Below, piece after piece: positions 39,229 through 47,611 of a stretch of DNA of 64,000 bases (within the stretch, counting starts at the first letter, position 1; each line of letters opens with the position of its first letter). Source of the stretch: an uncultured Gammaproteobacteria bacterium (lineage in GTDB: Bacteria; Patescibacteriota; Microgenomatia; Levybacterales; UBA12049); assembly GCA_964610465.1 (NCBI GenBank), contig CAZSWA010000002.1:13423-77422 (forward strand). Reading direction: 5' to 3'. The position numbers and the translations under genes were made by a program. Under the pieces are notes generated by a model, which was given only the letters and a program-made list of their open reading frames with translations, was not told the origin of the DNA and did not search any database.

Positions 39229-40053
39229 TCAGGCTATTTTACTTCGTAAATTAACTTTTTCTCCTATATATTTTGCCGCTACTTTTTCGAGTCTTCTGTC
39301 CTTGATATAAAACTCCCCAGCTGTCTTAATAATCCCTTTTACTTGCTCTATCACTTGAGATTGTTTATCATCAGGTAATGCGTTTTCTGTTGAAAGAAGC
39401 AGCGGAGTTCTATAGAGTGGATTACTTCTCTGTATCCTTCTTGCTTCAGATATATTTCTCAGTGTATATGCTGACCCTTCTCTTGTAAGACTTTTTACTC
39501 TTGCTTTTTCTCTTCCATCAGTTGTTCCAGTAGTAATAAATAGCTCATCTTCTCCATCAACTTGAGATACCTCTTGAAATCTACCATCTGTTGTCTCAAG
39601 TCTCATTCTATGCCATACCTCAATTGGTTTTCTCCCTTCACTCTCTGCTAAAGATTTCATATGTGCATAAAGTTTTTTATCTTCTGGAGTAAGTAGTTTA
39701 CCATCCCCATTATATTTTCCCAATACAATTGTCATGTTTTGAAATATGTTTCTGATGTTTTGTTGTGTCTCACGAATTTTCTGTCTTGATGCCCTTTCAA
39801 TATCTTCTGAGCCTACTGTTTCCTCAGGTTGGTATATAACACGTTCGCTTCCAGGGGGAATATCCTCACTTAAAAGACCATGTTCCGCTTGCCAACGGGC
39901 AAATCTTGCACGCTTAGGATCTATTCCTTGTTCTTGCAATTCTCCTTCCTGATTAGTAACTCTTAATTTAGCTAATCTGTTAACTTCTTGTTGTGTGAAA
40001 CCTTTTGCTTGTAAACTTTGAATATCTTGTAAATTTTCTTTAGGTACTGCCAT
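39229..40053 (-). CDS. Hypothetical protein (~274 aa) upstream of the PrkA-like gene
   Basis: ORF with the start taken at ATG 40053 (MAVPKEN). It is preceded on its own strand by leader repeat copy 1 with a terminator. Confidence 0.5.
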   Translation of the reverse strand: MAVPKENLQDIQSLQAKGFTQQEVNRLAKLRVTNQEGELQEQGIDPKRARFARWQAEHGLLSEDIPPGSERVIYQPEETVGSEDIERASRQKIRETQQNIRNIFQNMTIVLGKYNGDGKLLTPEDKKLYAHMKSLAESEGRKPIEVWHRMRLETTDGRFQEVSQVDGEDELFITTGTTDGREKARVKSLTREGSAYTLRNISEARRIQRSNPLYRTPLLLSTENALPDDKQSQVIEQVKGIIKTAGEFYIKDRRLEKVAAKYIGEKVNLRSKIA

Positions 40054-40063
40054 ATTTTTATAC

Positions 40064-40166
40064 AAAAAAACCCCTCTTTGTGTGAGGGGAAGGTTTGTCG
40101 ATATTTTTTCTACCTACTCCTCCCTCCCCTTCATCTTTTGAAGGGTAAAGCAGATAATAGAAAATG
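40064..40166 (-). promoter_or_regulatory. Leader repeat copy 1: purine-rich segment, small hairpin, then intrinsic terminator (CCCCTC..GAGGGG plus U7) ~10 nt before the start codon of the 274-aa gene
   Basis: Directly seen, and homologous to copy 2 (~75% identity over ~100 nt). Confidence 0.45.
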
Positions 40167-40247
40167 TATGTTTCATGTTCATGGTTTCATTAAATCACCA
40201 AACTAATTGCTTGTCAATAGTTTTATTGTTGCTCTTATAAAAAGTTC

Positions 40248-40487
40248 TTAAAATGTGGGCAGATCAGGATAACGTAAATCAGGATCAATTTCTTCTGGTC
40301 CTTTTTGTCGAGGTGGTTTTGGAGTTTTTTCTTGAGCAATAAAGATATCTTTCTCATTTCTTTTCTTCTCCCCTTGCAACTTTTCTATCTCATGACGAGG
40401 TCCTTTTTTATATTCTTCTTTCCGTGCTTTCAGTTTATCCTGTGCTTCAATAGAGAATTGGGCTAATAATCTTGATTCGTTTTCCAT
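40248..40487 (-). CDS. Small highly charged hypothetical protein (79 aa)
   Basis: ORF bracketed by the two leader repeats. Confidence 0.4.
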   Translation of the reverse strand: MENESRLLAQFSIEAQDKLKARKEEYKKGPRHEIEKLQGEKKRNEKDIFIAQEKTPKPPRQKGPEEIDPDLRYPDLPTF

Positions 40488-40496
40488 ATTTTTTCC

Positions 40497-40590
40497 AAAA
40501 AAAATCCCTCTTGTCAGAGGGTTAGGTATACTATTTTCTTTACAGAATACCTATCCCCTCCTTATGAAGGGAAAAGTAAAGAAAAATGCA
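40497..40590 (-). promoter_or_regulatory. Leader repeat copy 2: same architecture (CCCTCT..AGAGGG plus U8) ~10 nt before the start codon of the 79-aa gene
   Basis: Directly seen. On the + strand it ends at the ATG of a spurious N-terminal extension of rpmE. Confidence 0.45.
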
Positions 40591-40704
40591 AAAGAAGAGT
40601 TATGTATCATATAGTTATGATAGTACAAAAGATTCCGTTTTTCAAGGTTCAGTTCCATCTAGTCTTTACTTGCTACCCAATTTTGAGGGTAAAACCCTGG
40701 CCTC

Positions 40705-40733
40705 CAGCTTGTATATCCTGCTAGAATACGCTA
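40705..40733 (+). promoter_or_regulatory. Promoter TTGTAT-17-TATAAT for rpmE. It predicts a near-leaderless mRNA.
   Basis: The -10 ends 11 nt before the ATG at 40745. Confidence 0.4.
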
Positions 40734-40744
40734 TAATAGTTTTT

Positions 40745-41044
40745 ATGAAAGCAACTATCCATCCTAAATATTACGAAAACGCTGAGGTAATTTGTGTCTG
40801 TGGAAATAGATTTACCACAGGTTCAACAAGCCCAGTTATTCATGTGGAGCTTTGCAATAAATGCCATCCGTTTTATACCGGCAAGCAGGCTTTTATTGAT
40901 TCACGCTCAAAGATCAAGAATTTCGAAGCCAAACGTCAAGCTGCCACTCAATATCAAACCACGGTAGCCAAGAAAAAAGCTGAGGAAAAGAAAAAGACAG
41001 AAGGTCCAAAGACTCTTCGCGAAATGCTTATGGGGCTTAAATAG
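40745..41044 (+). CDS. rpmE: Ribosomal protein L31 (Zn-ribbon type) with a Lys-rich C-terminal extension
   Basis: MKATIHPKYY..CVCGN..CNKCHPFYTGKQ. The start is at the internal ATG of ORF 40586..41044. Confidence 0.85.
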   Translation: MKATIHPKYYENAEVICVCGNRFTTGSTSPVIHVELCNKCHPFYTGKQAFIDSRSKIKNFEAKRQAATQYQTTVAKKKAEEKKKTEGPKTLREMLMGLK

Positions 41045-41049
41045 CTCTA

Positions 41050-41118
41050 CTGTCATTCTGAGCCGCTTTGGCGAACGAAGAATCCCATGAGATCCTTCGC
41101 TATCGCTCAGGATGACCC
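41050..41118 (+). repeat. GC-rich structured element in the rpmE-prfA spacer (family copy C)
   Basis: A 12-bp long-range stem GTCATTCTGAGC/GCTCAGGATGAC encloses CCCATGAGATCCTTCGC. It shares CATGAGAT..TC with the carB copy. Confidence 0.4.
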
Positions 41119-41128
41119 TAAACCTCTT

Positions 41129-42019
41129 ATGTCAGATTATAGACTCATTCAACTCCAGGAACTAGACCAAAAAATACAAGAAACCAAATCACTTCTTGAA
41201 GATCCTTCTATGGCTGAATTGGCACATCAAGAAATAGCAGATCTTGAAAACCAAAAGAAAGTAATTGAAGAAAGTCTTGAGCGTTCTACGAGTAATAATG
41301 AACAGAGTCTTGATGAAAGAAATGTGCTTTTGGAAGTAAAAGGAGCTGCGGGTGGAGATGAGGCAAAATTGTGGGCTGAAGAACTGATTCGTATGTACTT
41401 GCGCTATGCTCAAAGAAAAGGATTCAATGTCGAACTACTTGATGAAACTGTTATTAAAATAAAAGGAAGAAATGCATTTGGAAATTTTAAGTATGAAGCT
41501 GGCGTGCATCGTGTTCAAAGAATTCCTAAGACTGAGAAAAAAGGACGTATCCATACCTCAACTGCAACTGTGTCGATATTACCGGAGCTTGAAGATATTG
41601 ATATGCATATTAATCCGGAAGATATAGATTTTGAAGCATTTAGAAGCGGCGGACATGGCGGCCAAAATGTCAATAAAGTTTCAACAGCAGTAAGGATAAA
41701 ACATATCCCAACAGGAATTGTAGTTACCTCACAGGCTGAGCGTTCACAAATACAGAATCGTGAGATAGCAATGGAACTTCTTAGAGCAAAACTTTGGGAA
41801 ATGCAAATTGAAAAACAAAATAAGGAAATCTCGTCCCTTAAAGCAACTCAGGTGGGACGCGGAATGCGGGCTGAGAAAATCAAAACATATAATTTCCCGC
41901 AGGATAGACTCACAGATCACAGAATTAATAAATCCTGGAAAAATTTGCCGCTTATACTTGATGGAGATATACCTGAAGAAAAACCAACAGAAGAACAAGC
42001 TATAGGAGTGCAAGAGTAA
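41129..42019 (+). CDS. prfA: Peptide chain release factor 1
   Basis: GGQ motif (SGGHGGQNVNKV) and an RF1-type tripeptide region IPKTEKKGRIHTS (PKT in place of PAT). The start is at the internal ATG (MSDYRLIQ). Confidence 0.9.
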   Translation: MSDYRLIQLQELDQKIQETKSLLEDPSMAELAHQEIADLENQKKVIEESLERSTSNNEQSLDERNVLLEVKGAAGGDEAKLWAEELIRMYLRYAQRKGFNVELLDETVIKIKGRNAFGNFKYEAGVHRVQRIPKTEKKGRIHTSTATVSILPELEDIDMHINPEDIDFEAFRSGGHGGQNVNKVSTAVRIKHIPTGIVVTSQAERSQIQNREIAMELLRAKLWEMQIEKQNKEISSLKATQVGRGMRAEKIKTYNFPQDRLTDHRINKSWKNLPLILDGDIPEEKPTEEQAIGVQE

Positions 42020-42037
42020 ATTCTTTTGATTTGAAAT

Positions 42038-43720
42038 TTACTCGAGGTATTTAAGATCTTTTTCCTTAAATTCTTTTAGAGATTCCAAGTGTTTGTCTTT
42101 AAGCATTTTTGCCACATGTCTTCCTCCTGCCAAATGCGGCATCACGACATAATCTGCTCCTGCTTTGTAGAGAATTTTTGCTTCATCTTTATCAAATGCC
42201 ATTACAACAATTTTTGCTCTATGATTGAGTCTCTGCATTGCTTCAATCATAATAAGATTGTCTTCCAAGTCTGGAACTGTTGAGATGATAAGTTTGGCTC
42301 TATCAAGTCCTATTCTTTCCTGAATTTCACCATCTGCAATATCTCCAAAAATACTTAACACTCCTTCTTCTTTAAGTTTTTTAGTAATGTCAGGATTGAA
42401 ATCGACTACCAATACTTTCTCTCCATCTCCTTCAAGAGAACGAAGAATACTCTGTCCCATTTGATGTGCCCCAACTAAGATAACATGATCTTTTAAGTCA
42501 GAAAGCTCATCTTGAGACATAGAGTGCTCCAGAGATGAACTCCCATTAAAAATATCAAGATGTTTTCCAAATTTCTTATACAAACTATTTCCGTTTTGTA
42601 AAAGATACACAGAAACTGCAAACGTAATAATCCCAACAAAAGTCAAAAGCGTAACTATTTCATTTGAGATAAAGCCAAGTTTGTTGCCCAAAAAAATCAT
42701 AATTAAACTGAATTCTGAAATTTGACTTTGGGAAATACCAGAAAGAAATGAGGTACGCTTTCTGTATCCCAGAGCAGTCACAATTGCCATTACAATGAAA
42801 GGTTTGATAATTATGACAAATAGAGACAAAATAATTCCTGGAAGAAGAATTTGGAAAAGATTAGCAAAAGTCATTTGCAATCCAAGCATTACAAAGAAAA
42901 TCGTGACAAAGAAATCCCGAAGCGAACGCATCCTGGCAATAATTTGAAAATTCTCATGCGCATTAGCAAGCGCAAGGCCTGCCAGAAGTCCTCCTATCTC
43001 AACTGAAAAACCGATAAATGGCGATGAGACAATCGCAGAAAGCAGAAAAACCCAGCCTAAACTAAAAAGAAACAAGGATTCTGAAGATTTAGCAATCATC
43101 CGGGTAAACTGTGGAAAAACTGCAGTACTTAGATACGTTGTTACTCCAAAAAGAGCAGTTACCTTAACTATGATTACACCTGTTTGTTGCAAAATATCTC
43201 CTCCACCCAATGAATGAATACTGGACAAAAAGACAATAACAAGAATGGCAAATAAATCCTGCATCAGCGTAATTCCTATGGCAATTTTCCCATGAAGCGA
43301 AGTTAAATCCTTTCTGTCAGAAAGAAATTTGACGATAATAATCGTACTTGAAAACGAAAGGGCAGTACCAATATATATTGATGGAATTTTGCCAACGCCA
43401 AGAAGCAAGGCGAGAAAAAATCCTGCGACAAAACTAAACCACATCTGAAGGGTTCCGACAATAATTGCTGATTTGCCAATGGAACGAAGTTCGGTAATTT
43501 TGAGTTCAAGACCAAGAGTAAACAAAAGAAGCGTAATGCCAAGTTGTCCAAATGCAGCAAGCGCTTCTTTGTTATCGATATGGAATAACCCCAAAGGTCC
43601 TAAGATAATTCCTGTTAGTATATATGCAAGAATAGAAGGCTGTTTGAAAAAGCGGAACACAATTGAAAAGAATGCCGCAACACAAATGATAATGGTAAGT
43701 TCAAAAAAAATACTTTCCAT
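42038..43720 (-). CDS. CPA2-family monovalent cation:proton antiporter with a C-terminal RCK/TrkA-N domain (KefB/C-like)
   Basis: ~12 TM Na_H_Exchanger core plus Rossmann GxGxxG (VGAHQMGQS). Confidence 0.85.
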   Translation of the reverse strand: MESIFFELTIIICVAAFFSIVFRFFKQPSILAYILTGIILGPLGLFHIDNKEALAAFGQLGITLLLFTLGLELKITELRSIGKSAIIVGTLQMWFSFVAGFFLALLLGVGKIPSIYIGTALSFSSTIIIVKFLSDRKDLTSLHGKIAIGITLMQDLFAILVIVFLSSIHSLGGGDILQQTGVIIVKVTALFGVTTYLSTAVFPQFTRMIAKSSESLFLFSLGWVFLLSAIVSSPFIGFSVEIGGLLAGLALANAHENFQIIARMRSLRDFFVTIFFVMLGLQMTFANLFQILLPGIILSLFVIIIKPFIVMAIVTALGYRKRTSFLSGISQSQISEFSLIMIFLGNKLGFISNEIVTLLTFVGIITFAVSVYLLQNGNSLYKKFGKHLDIFNGSSSLEHSMSQDELSDLKDHVILVGAHQMGQSILRSLEGDGEKVLVVDFNPDITKKLKEEGVLSIFGDIADGEIQERIGLDRAKLIISTVPDLEDNLIMIEAMQRLNHRAKIVVMAFDKDEAKILYKAGADYVVMPHLAGGRHVAKMLKDKHLESLKEFKEKDLKYLE

Positions 43721-43933
43721 CTATTCTTATGGTAACACAAAAGTTTAGAATTAAGAATTAAGAAGCAAGAAATAAGTATTCTCTTCTATATAGATGCTTT
43801 TTTACTCTGTTTTTTACAATGATGTACTTATGCTACACTTAAAATACTTATAAAACAGATATCTATTATTGCACAGAGAAGGAAAGAAAAACGAGGGATA
43901 CTACTTACTTTACTTCTCATAGCCTATATATTT

Positions 43934-44266
43934 TTGATTCTGGGAGAAATCCATTTTTTTCTTTCACAAATACTACAGTATTCACGAGTTTTTCATTTTT
44001 TTCCGATGAATCCGTTCGTTGAAATTATATACCGTTGTGTAGCTTTGTCAGAGGCGTTACTATTTGTTATTGGCGTTATTCTTTGGGATAAAAGAGTTCT
44101 ATACGCGTATGGTATCTGCTATGCACTTAATTTTGTGCTTAGTGGTATATTCTTTTTTATTTTTAACAATCGTATCCTACCTCCCGCAGGAGCATTAGTC
44201 TGGAAAATCTTTCTCTCTTTTCTTATATTTTGGATACTCAAACGCAAATGGCATCTATTTACGTAA
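43934..44266 (+). CDS. Small membrane protein, hypothetical
   Basis: Three predicted TM helices. Divergent from the CPA2 gene. Confidence 0.4.
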   Translation: MILGEIHFFLSQILQYSRVFHFFPMNPFVEIIYRCVALSEALLFVIGVILWDKRVLYAYGICYALNFVLSGIFFFIFNNRILPPAGALVWKIFLSFLIFWILKRKWHLFT

Positions 44267-44324
44267 TATGCATAGACTATCGTCAGGATATTGACTCAGC
44301 CTACTCAAATCCGCATAATGAGGT

Positions 44325-45602
44325 ATGGGGTTGATTAGGAATTATGATTCACTTGCATTAAATGATGAACGAAAAGTAGTCCTTTCCCTTATTGAAGCAG
44401 CACTCTCTTCTGTTCAGCCTAAACAAGTTCTCGAACACGAATTTGTAATCGAAAAAAATTCTCTCACTATTAAAAACGAAAAATTCGATCTTTCCAGTTA
44501 TGATCGGATTTTTCTTCTTGGGTTTGGCAAAGGATCATCTGGTATTTGTAAAATTATTGAAGAGAAATTGGGAGAGAAACTTACTCTTGGCTTTGATATT
44601 GATTTGGTCGATGAGACATTTCAAAAAGTTAAATATACCAAAGGCACTCATCCTCTGCCTTCTCAAACAAATTTTTATTTTACCAAAAATGCGCTTGATG
44701 CTATCGGGCAAACTACTGAAAAAGATTTGGTGCTAGTCGTTATCTGCGGGGGCGGGTCGGTAATGTTTGAAACGCCATATAAAGTAAGTATTGAAAAACT
44801 TACACAAGTTGTTGATGCGCTTCTTAAGTCAGGTGCAGATATTACAGAAATGAATGTAATACGAAAGCATCTATCACGGGTCAAAGGTGGAGGTCTGGCA
44901 AAACTGTTATATCCTGCAAGTGTCGCAAGTCTTATCTTTTCCGATGTGCCAGGAAATAACCTGTCGACAATCGCATCAGGACCAACGGTAAAAGACGCAA
45001 GTACTCTGCAGGATGCCGCAAATATTCTTGAAAAATATCAAATACATCAAAAAGTCGAGCTTTCAGATGATGATTTTACAGAAACAGGAAGAGAAGACAA
45101 ATATTTTGAGAAAGTCAAAAATATTCTTATCATCAGTAATCTTACAGCTCTTTCTGCAATGGAACAAAAAGCAAAAGAGATGGGATTCAAAACATTGACG
45201 ACAACTGATAGATTGCAAGGCGATGCCAGAGTCATGGGCAAACAACTTATTGACCAGGCAACTGCTGGTGAAATACTTCTTGCGGGCGGTGAAACTACAA
45301 TCAAAGTAAAAGGAACAGGCAAAGGCGGACGCAATCAGGCTTTAGTACTTAGTGCCCTTCTCTATCTTGGCAACAATACAGTTCTTGCATCATTTGGCTC
45401 AGATGGATGGGATTTTTATGGATTTGCCGGAGCAATTGGTGATAAAGAAACACTACGGAAAGCAAAAGAGCTGCAACTTGACTATAAAACATTTTTAGAT
45501 GATGATAATAGTTACGAGTTCTTTTCAAAAGAGGGTGATGGAATTGATACCGGCAAACTGGAATCAAACGTGGCGGATTTGTATATTGTGTTGAAAAAAT
45601 AG
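44325..45602 (+). CDS. Glycerate 2-kinase (MOFRL family)
   Basis: DUF4147-like N-domain (IFLLGFGKGS) and MOFRL C-domain (LVVICGGGS..RKHLSRVKGG). Confidence 0.7.
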   Translation: MGLIRNYDSLALNDERKVVLSLIEAALSSVQPKQVLEHEFVIEKNSLTIKNEKFDLSSYDRIFLLGFGKGSSGICKIIEEKLGEKLTLGFDIDLVDETFQKVKYTKGTHPLPSQTNFYFTKNALDAIGQTTEKDLVLVVICGGGSVMFETPYKVSIEKLTQVVDALLKSGADITEMNVIRKHLSRVKGGGLAKLLYPASVASLIFSDVPGNNLSTIASGPTVKDASTLQDAANILEKYQIHQKVELSDDDFTETGREDKYFEKVKNILIISNLTALSAMEQKAKEMGFKTLTTTDRLQGDARVMGKQLIDQATAGEILLAGGETTIKVKGTGKGGRNQALVLSALLYLGNNTVLASFGSDGWDFYGFAGAIGDKETLRKAKELQLDYKTFLDDDNSYEFFSKEGDGIDTGKLESNVADLYIVLKK

Positions 45603-45677
45603 AAGCAAATTTTTAAGCATTTAGATTTTAATAAAAATTGAAAATTTCGAATTGAAAATTATTTTCATAATTCTTAT

Positions 45678-46568
45678 ATGATTGCTGAATTGTACGAAGA
45701 CAAATTGAGAGATTTGGAATTCAAAGCAAACGAAGCGCGTCAGCTTTTGATTGAATCATTAGTTGCCGCAGGTTCCGGGCATACCGGCGGACCATTGGGA
45801 CTTACTGAGATATTTATTTCATTTTATTTTCATATCCTGCGTCACGATCCAAAAAATCCTGATTGGCCTGATAGAGATAGACTTATTCTCTCAAATGGTC
45901 ATACCTGCCCTATTCGTTATACCGTTATGGCAATGGCAGGATATTTCCCAACTGAAGAATTGAAAACCTTACGACACATGGGTTCACGACTTCAAGGACA
46001 TCCTCATCGGACTGCATTACAAGGAGTTGAGACGACATCCGGTCCACTTGGTGAAGGGTTATCACAAGGAATAGGTATTGCACTTGCCGGAAAACTTGAT
46101 AAAAAAGATTATCACGTCTATGTAGTTACCTCAGATGGCGAACATCAGGAAGGCAATACCTGGGAAGCAGCGATGTTTGCGGCAAAATATCGACTGAATA
46201 ATTTAACCTTGATTGTTGATAGAAATAATATTCAAATTGATGGGACAACAGAAGACGTGATGCCGCTTGAACCTTTTGCTGATAAATATAAAGCCTTTAA
46301 CTGGAATGTGCTTGAAATCGAAGGGAATAATATCCGGGCGATTGTCAATGCTGTCAAAGAAGCACGTGCAGTGACTGAAAAACCAACTGTCATTGTCGCT
46401 GATACAGTGCCAGGAAAAGGAGTAAGTTTTATGGAGTATGATTATCGTTGGCATGGCATGCCGCCTGATCTAAAAGATATGTCCGGCGCACCACCCAAAG
46501 GCGAACAAGCCAAAAAAGCACTGGAAGAACTGAAGATGATTGAACAAAGGTTAAAAGAAATATATTAA
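45678..46568 (+). CDS. Transketolase, N-terminal (TPP-binding) subunit
   Basis: SGHTGGPLGL and GDGE..EG motifs. Split-tkt arrangement. Confidence 0.9.
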   Translation: MIAELYEDKLRDLEFKANEARQLLIESLVAAGSGHTGGPLGLTEIFISFYFHILRHDPKNPDWPDRDRLILSNGHTCPIRYTVMAMAGYFPTEELKTLRHMGSRLQGHPHRTALQGVETTSGPLGEGLSQGIGIALAGKLDKKDYHVYVVTSDGEHQEGNTWEAAMFAAKYRLNNLTLIVDRNNIQIDGTTEDVMPLEPFADKYKAFNWNVLEIEGNNIRAIVNAVKEARAVTEKPTVIVADTVPGKGVSFMEYDYRWHGMPPDLKDMSGAPPKGEQAKKALEELKMIEQRLKEIY

Positions 46569-46600
46569 TAAGAAGATCATGCACTGACGATAGGTGAATT

Positions 46601-47596
46601 ATGCTCAATCCATATCTAAAATTAAATCTAAAATTGTTTGATGAAGACGTTACCCAAAAAGCAACGCGTGAAGGATTTGGTGATGGTCTTATGGCTCTTG
46701 GTGAATCCAATCCTAATATTGTGGTGTTAACTGCTGACTTAAGTGACTCTACTCAATGTGAGAAATTTGCGCAAAAATATCCTGAACGTTTTTTTGATTG
46801 CGGAGTTGCAGAACAAAACATGGCAGCTGTTGCGGCTGGTCTTGGCGCAACAGGTAAAATTGCATTTATCTCATCCTATGCTACCTTCTCCCCTGGAAAA
46901 AACTGGGAAACTATAAGAACTACTATTGTATATAATCAATCAAATGTAAAAATCGCTGGACATCATGCTGGTATTATGACAGGACCAGATGGTGCAACCC
47001 ATCAGGCAACTGAAGATATCGCTATAACTCGTTGCTGGCCTGATATCCAAGTATATATCCCCTGCGATAGCATTGAAGCCAAAAAAGCAACAATTGAATC
47101 TGCGAAAACTCCTCTACCTGTATATCTTCGTTATACCAGAGATAAAACTCCTGTCATGACAACTGAAGAAACTCCCTTTAGTGTTGGGAAAATTCAAGCT
47201 TTTTGGGTATCTAATACTCCTCAAGTAACTATCTTTGCCACAGGATACATGTTGTATTATGCGATGGTTGCTGCCAAAGAACTGGAAAATGAAGGTATTC
47301 AAACATTTGTTGCCAATGTCACAACCATTAAGCCGCTTGACGGAGAAAACATCATCAAACTTACTGAACAAACAAAAGCAGTAGTGACAGTTGAAGATCA
47401 TCAAGTTACAGGAGGACTCGGTAGCGCAGTTGCTGAATTTTTGGCAAAGAACAATCCCCTGCCCATGGAATTTATCGGTTTGCAGGATACGTTTGGAGAA
47501 ACAGGAACACCCAAAGAACTGATTGAAAAATATCATATGGGAATAAGTGCAATTAAAGATGCTGTCAAGAAAGTGCTTGTAAGAAAAGCAAAATAG
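46601..47596 (+). CDS. Transketolase, C-terminal (pyrimidine-binding) subunit
   Basis: Transket_pyr and transketolase_C domains. Adjacent to the N-terminal subunit. Confidence 0.9.
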   Translation: MLNPYLKLNLKLFDEDVTQKATREGFGDGLMALGESNPNIVVLTADLSDSTQCEKFAQKYPERFFDCGVAEQNMAAVAAGLGATGKIAFISSYATFSPGKNWETIRTTIVYNQSNVKIAGHHAGIMTGPDGATHQATEDIAITRCWPDIQVYIPCDSIEAKKATIESAKTPLPVYLRYTRDKTPVMTTEETPFSVGKIQAFWVSNTPQVTIFATGYMLYYAMVAAKELENEGIQTFVANVTTIKPLDGENIIKLTEQTKAVVTVEDHQVTGGLGSAVAEFLAKNNPLPMEFIGLQDTFGETGTPKELIEKYHMGISAIKDAVKKVLVRKAK

Positions 47597-47611
47597 CTCT
47601 ACTATAGATAT

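Noticed and set aside
40586-40744. N-terminal 53-codon extension of the rpmE ORF and the 14-codon extension of prfA (41087..41128)
   Set aside because: Homology begins at internal Met codons. A consensus promoter lies inside the rpmE extension, and the prfA extension is the GC-rich hairpin element.
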